From Syntrophobacteraceae bacterium (GTDB taxonomy: Bacteria; Desulfobacterota; Syntrophobacteria; Syntrophobacterales; Syntrophobacteraceae), in contig JBMFHI010000001.1 of NCBI GenBank assembly GCA_049976905.1, positions 27,149 through 91,148 on the forward strand: DNA of 64,000 nt. The letters run 5' to 3'. The notes under the pieces were generated by a model that was not told the DNA's origin, made no database searches, and saw only the letters and a list, made by a program, of their open reading frames with translations. Of this stretch, positions 62,919 through 64,000 are shown piece by piece. The stretch's first letter is position 1; each line of letters opens with the position of its first letter. A program made the translations under genes and the position numbers.

Positions 62919-63545
62919 GTGGCTCGTATAGACGATTACAAAGAATCATTGCGATTGGCGGCCCTTGAACTCAAAAAGCGCGATCTGCCCGCTCTTGTCC
63001 AATCCTCGGGAGCCGAAATTGCTTCGGAGAATAGTTTGATAATGCCTTTTCTAGGCACCCCCTACAGGGTTCAAGTTCAGCCGGAAACCAAAATCGGGAA
63101 AGTCGACTCGGACGAAGAGGTCTCTCTGCCCGATCAGATCCTCATAGCTCATTATTTGCTCGGGGCCGGCAGAAAAGCGACAGGAACCCTTATCACTTTT
63201 CGTCAGGTCCCTGATGGGCATTTCTATTTTGACGCCTTCCAAAGGAGGGCAAGAGACCCCTTCGTAAATTTTTTCGGAGACAAGGGTCCGCTGTTTTTAA
63301 AATGCGCCGAAACGCTTGGGGCCACGCGTGTGGAAAGCGGCGATTTCGGTATGGAGTTTGCCGTCTTTCCCCATATTCGGGTTCAACTGGTGTTGTGGGC
63401 CGGAGATGAGGAATTTGCTCCAGAAGCTACCATTCTTTTCGATGAAAGCATTCAGTGGCTCCTTTCAGCCGAAGATATTGCGGTGATGAGCGGGGGGCTG
63501 GTATATAGACTTATCGGTCTTGGAAGAAAATTGCTGTCGGCCTGA
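62919..63545 (+). CDS. DUF3786-like protein
   Basis: 208 aa with a GTG start. I recall proteins of this type next to cooC in CO dehydrogenase/acetyl-CoA synthase clusters. The assignment is from memory of the family, not from motifs. Confidence 0.5.
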   Translation: MARIDDYKESLRLAALELKKRDLPALVQSSGAEIASENSLIMPFLGTPYRVQVQPETKIGKVDSDEEVSLPDQILIAHYLLGAGRKATGTLITFRQVPDGHFYFDAFQRRARDPFVNFFGDKGPLFLKCAETLGATRVESGDFGMEFAVFPHIRVQLVLWAGDEEFAPEATILFDESIQWLLSAEDIAVMSGGLVYRLIGLGRKLLSA

Positions 63546-63564
63546 GAGCCTTGGAGGGATAATT

Positions 63565-64000
63565 TTGAAGATAGCTGTTAGCGGTAAAGGCGGGGTAGGG
63601 AAAACAACGTTGAGCGCTTTTCTTGTCAGATGGTTTGCCGAGCAGGGCAGAAGCGTTCTGGCCATTGATGCCGATCCTGATGCCAACCTGGCTCACGCCC
63701 TTGGCATTGAAGACGCCTCGTCCCTTACCCCCATTTCACAAATGAAGGAATTGGTGGCCGAGAGAACCGAATCGGTGCCGGGTTCTTATGGCGGCTATTT
63801 TAAACTAAACCCCAGAGTCGACGATCTGCCCGAAAAACTCTCCGTTCGCCAGGGAGAAAACATCCGGCTGATGGTAATGGGCGGCGTCAAAAAAGGGGGG
63901 ACGGGCTGCGTGTGCCCGGAGAGCATTTTGCTCAAAAACCTTGTTCAGCACCTCATATTAAGACGCGATGAAGTGGTTGTTATGGACATGGAAGCGGGTA
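63565..64000 (+). CDS. cooC: CooC-type nickel-insertion ATPase (CO dehydrogenase maturation factor), truncated at window end
   Basis: Absent from the ORF track because it is open at the right edge. TTG at 63565 has GGAGGG upstream. It reads KIAVSGKGGVGKTT (deviant Walker A) and GTGCVCPE (CxC metal motif). Confidence 0.8.
   Translation, partial: MKIAVSGKGGVGKTTLSAFLVRWFAEQGRSVLAIDADPDANLAHALGIEDASSLTPISQMKELVAERTESVPGSYGGYFKLNPRVDDLPEKLSVRQGENIRLMVMGGVKKGGTGCVCPESILLKNLVQHLILRRDEVVVMDMEAG

Noticed and set aside
1-64000. Search by eye for CRISPR arrays, tRNA/rRNA genes, IS elements, integrases and prophage genes
   Set aside because: I found no regularly spaced direct repeats, no tRNA-like T-arm or acceptor features in intergenic regions, and no transposase- or integrase-like ORFs. 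The window looks like core chromosome rather than a mobile island. tRNAscan, Infernal and ISfinder runs would confirm this.

Overview
Densely coding chromosomal window with about 50 credible CDS. I recognised no rRNA, tRNA, CRISPR array, transposase or integrase. Gene content suggests an anaerobic deltaproteobacterial (Desulfobacterota-like) genome; this is an inference from content, not a search result. The supporting content is several sigma54-type promoters with an NtrC-type activator, PPi-dependent phosphofructokinase plus a membrane H+-pyrophosphatase, a split B12 acyl-CoA mutase with MeaB, and DUF3786 plus CooC at the right edge.

Gene order, left to right:
- a family-I CoA-transferase and a HEAT-repeat response regulator
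- a four-gene minus-strand operon: regulator, processive GT2 synthase, TolC-like outer-membrane protein with an extra C-terminal domain, and a HlyD-type adaptor. This looks like an uncharacterised synthase-dependent exopolysaccharide secretion system.
- two divergent phosphate ABC transporter operons (pstSCA and pstSCAB) separated by mirror-image Pho boxes
- rnhB, yraN and rsmI
- a protein that is 40 percent histidine
- a TPR protein and a GT2-TPR protein
- an 1157-aa atypical Lon-like protease, then proC
- a hybrid kinase and NtrC-type regulator placed upstream of a sigma54-promoted small secreted protein
- pfp, a YyaL-like thioredoxin-domain protein, and a candidate sigma54-dependent small RNA or leader
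- an Isf-like flavoprotein, cheY and cheX, and gatCA preceded by an HExxH protein
- an isobutyryl-CoA-mutase-type B12 mutase with MeaB, then hppA
- an MBL hydrolase, an M16 peptidase, small Cys proteins, rlmI, a LOG-family protein, an FmdB zinc ribbon and an RluA-family synthase
- a heavy-metal RND efflux triad, a zinc-finger thioredoxin, and DUF3786 with cooC

All functional calls rest on motifs I could read in the translated ORFs. No database search was run.
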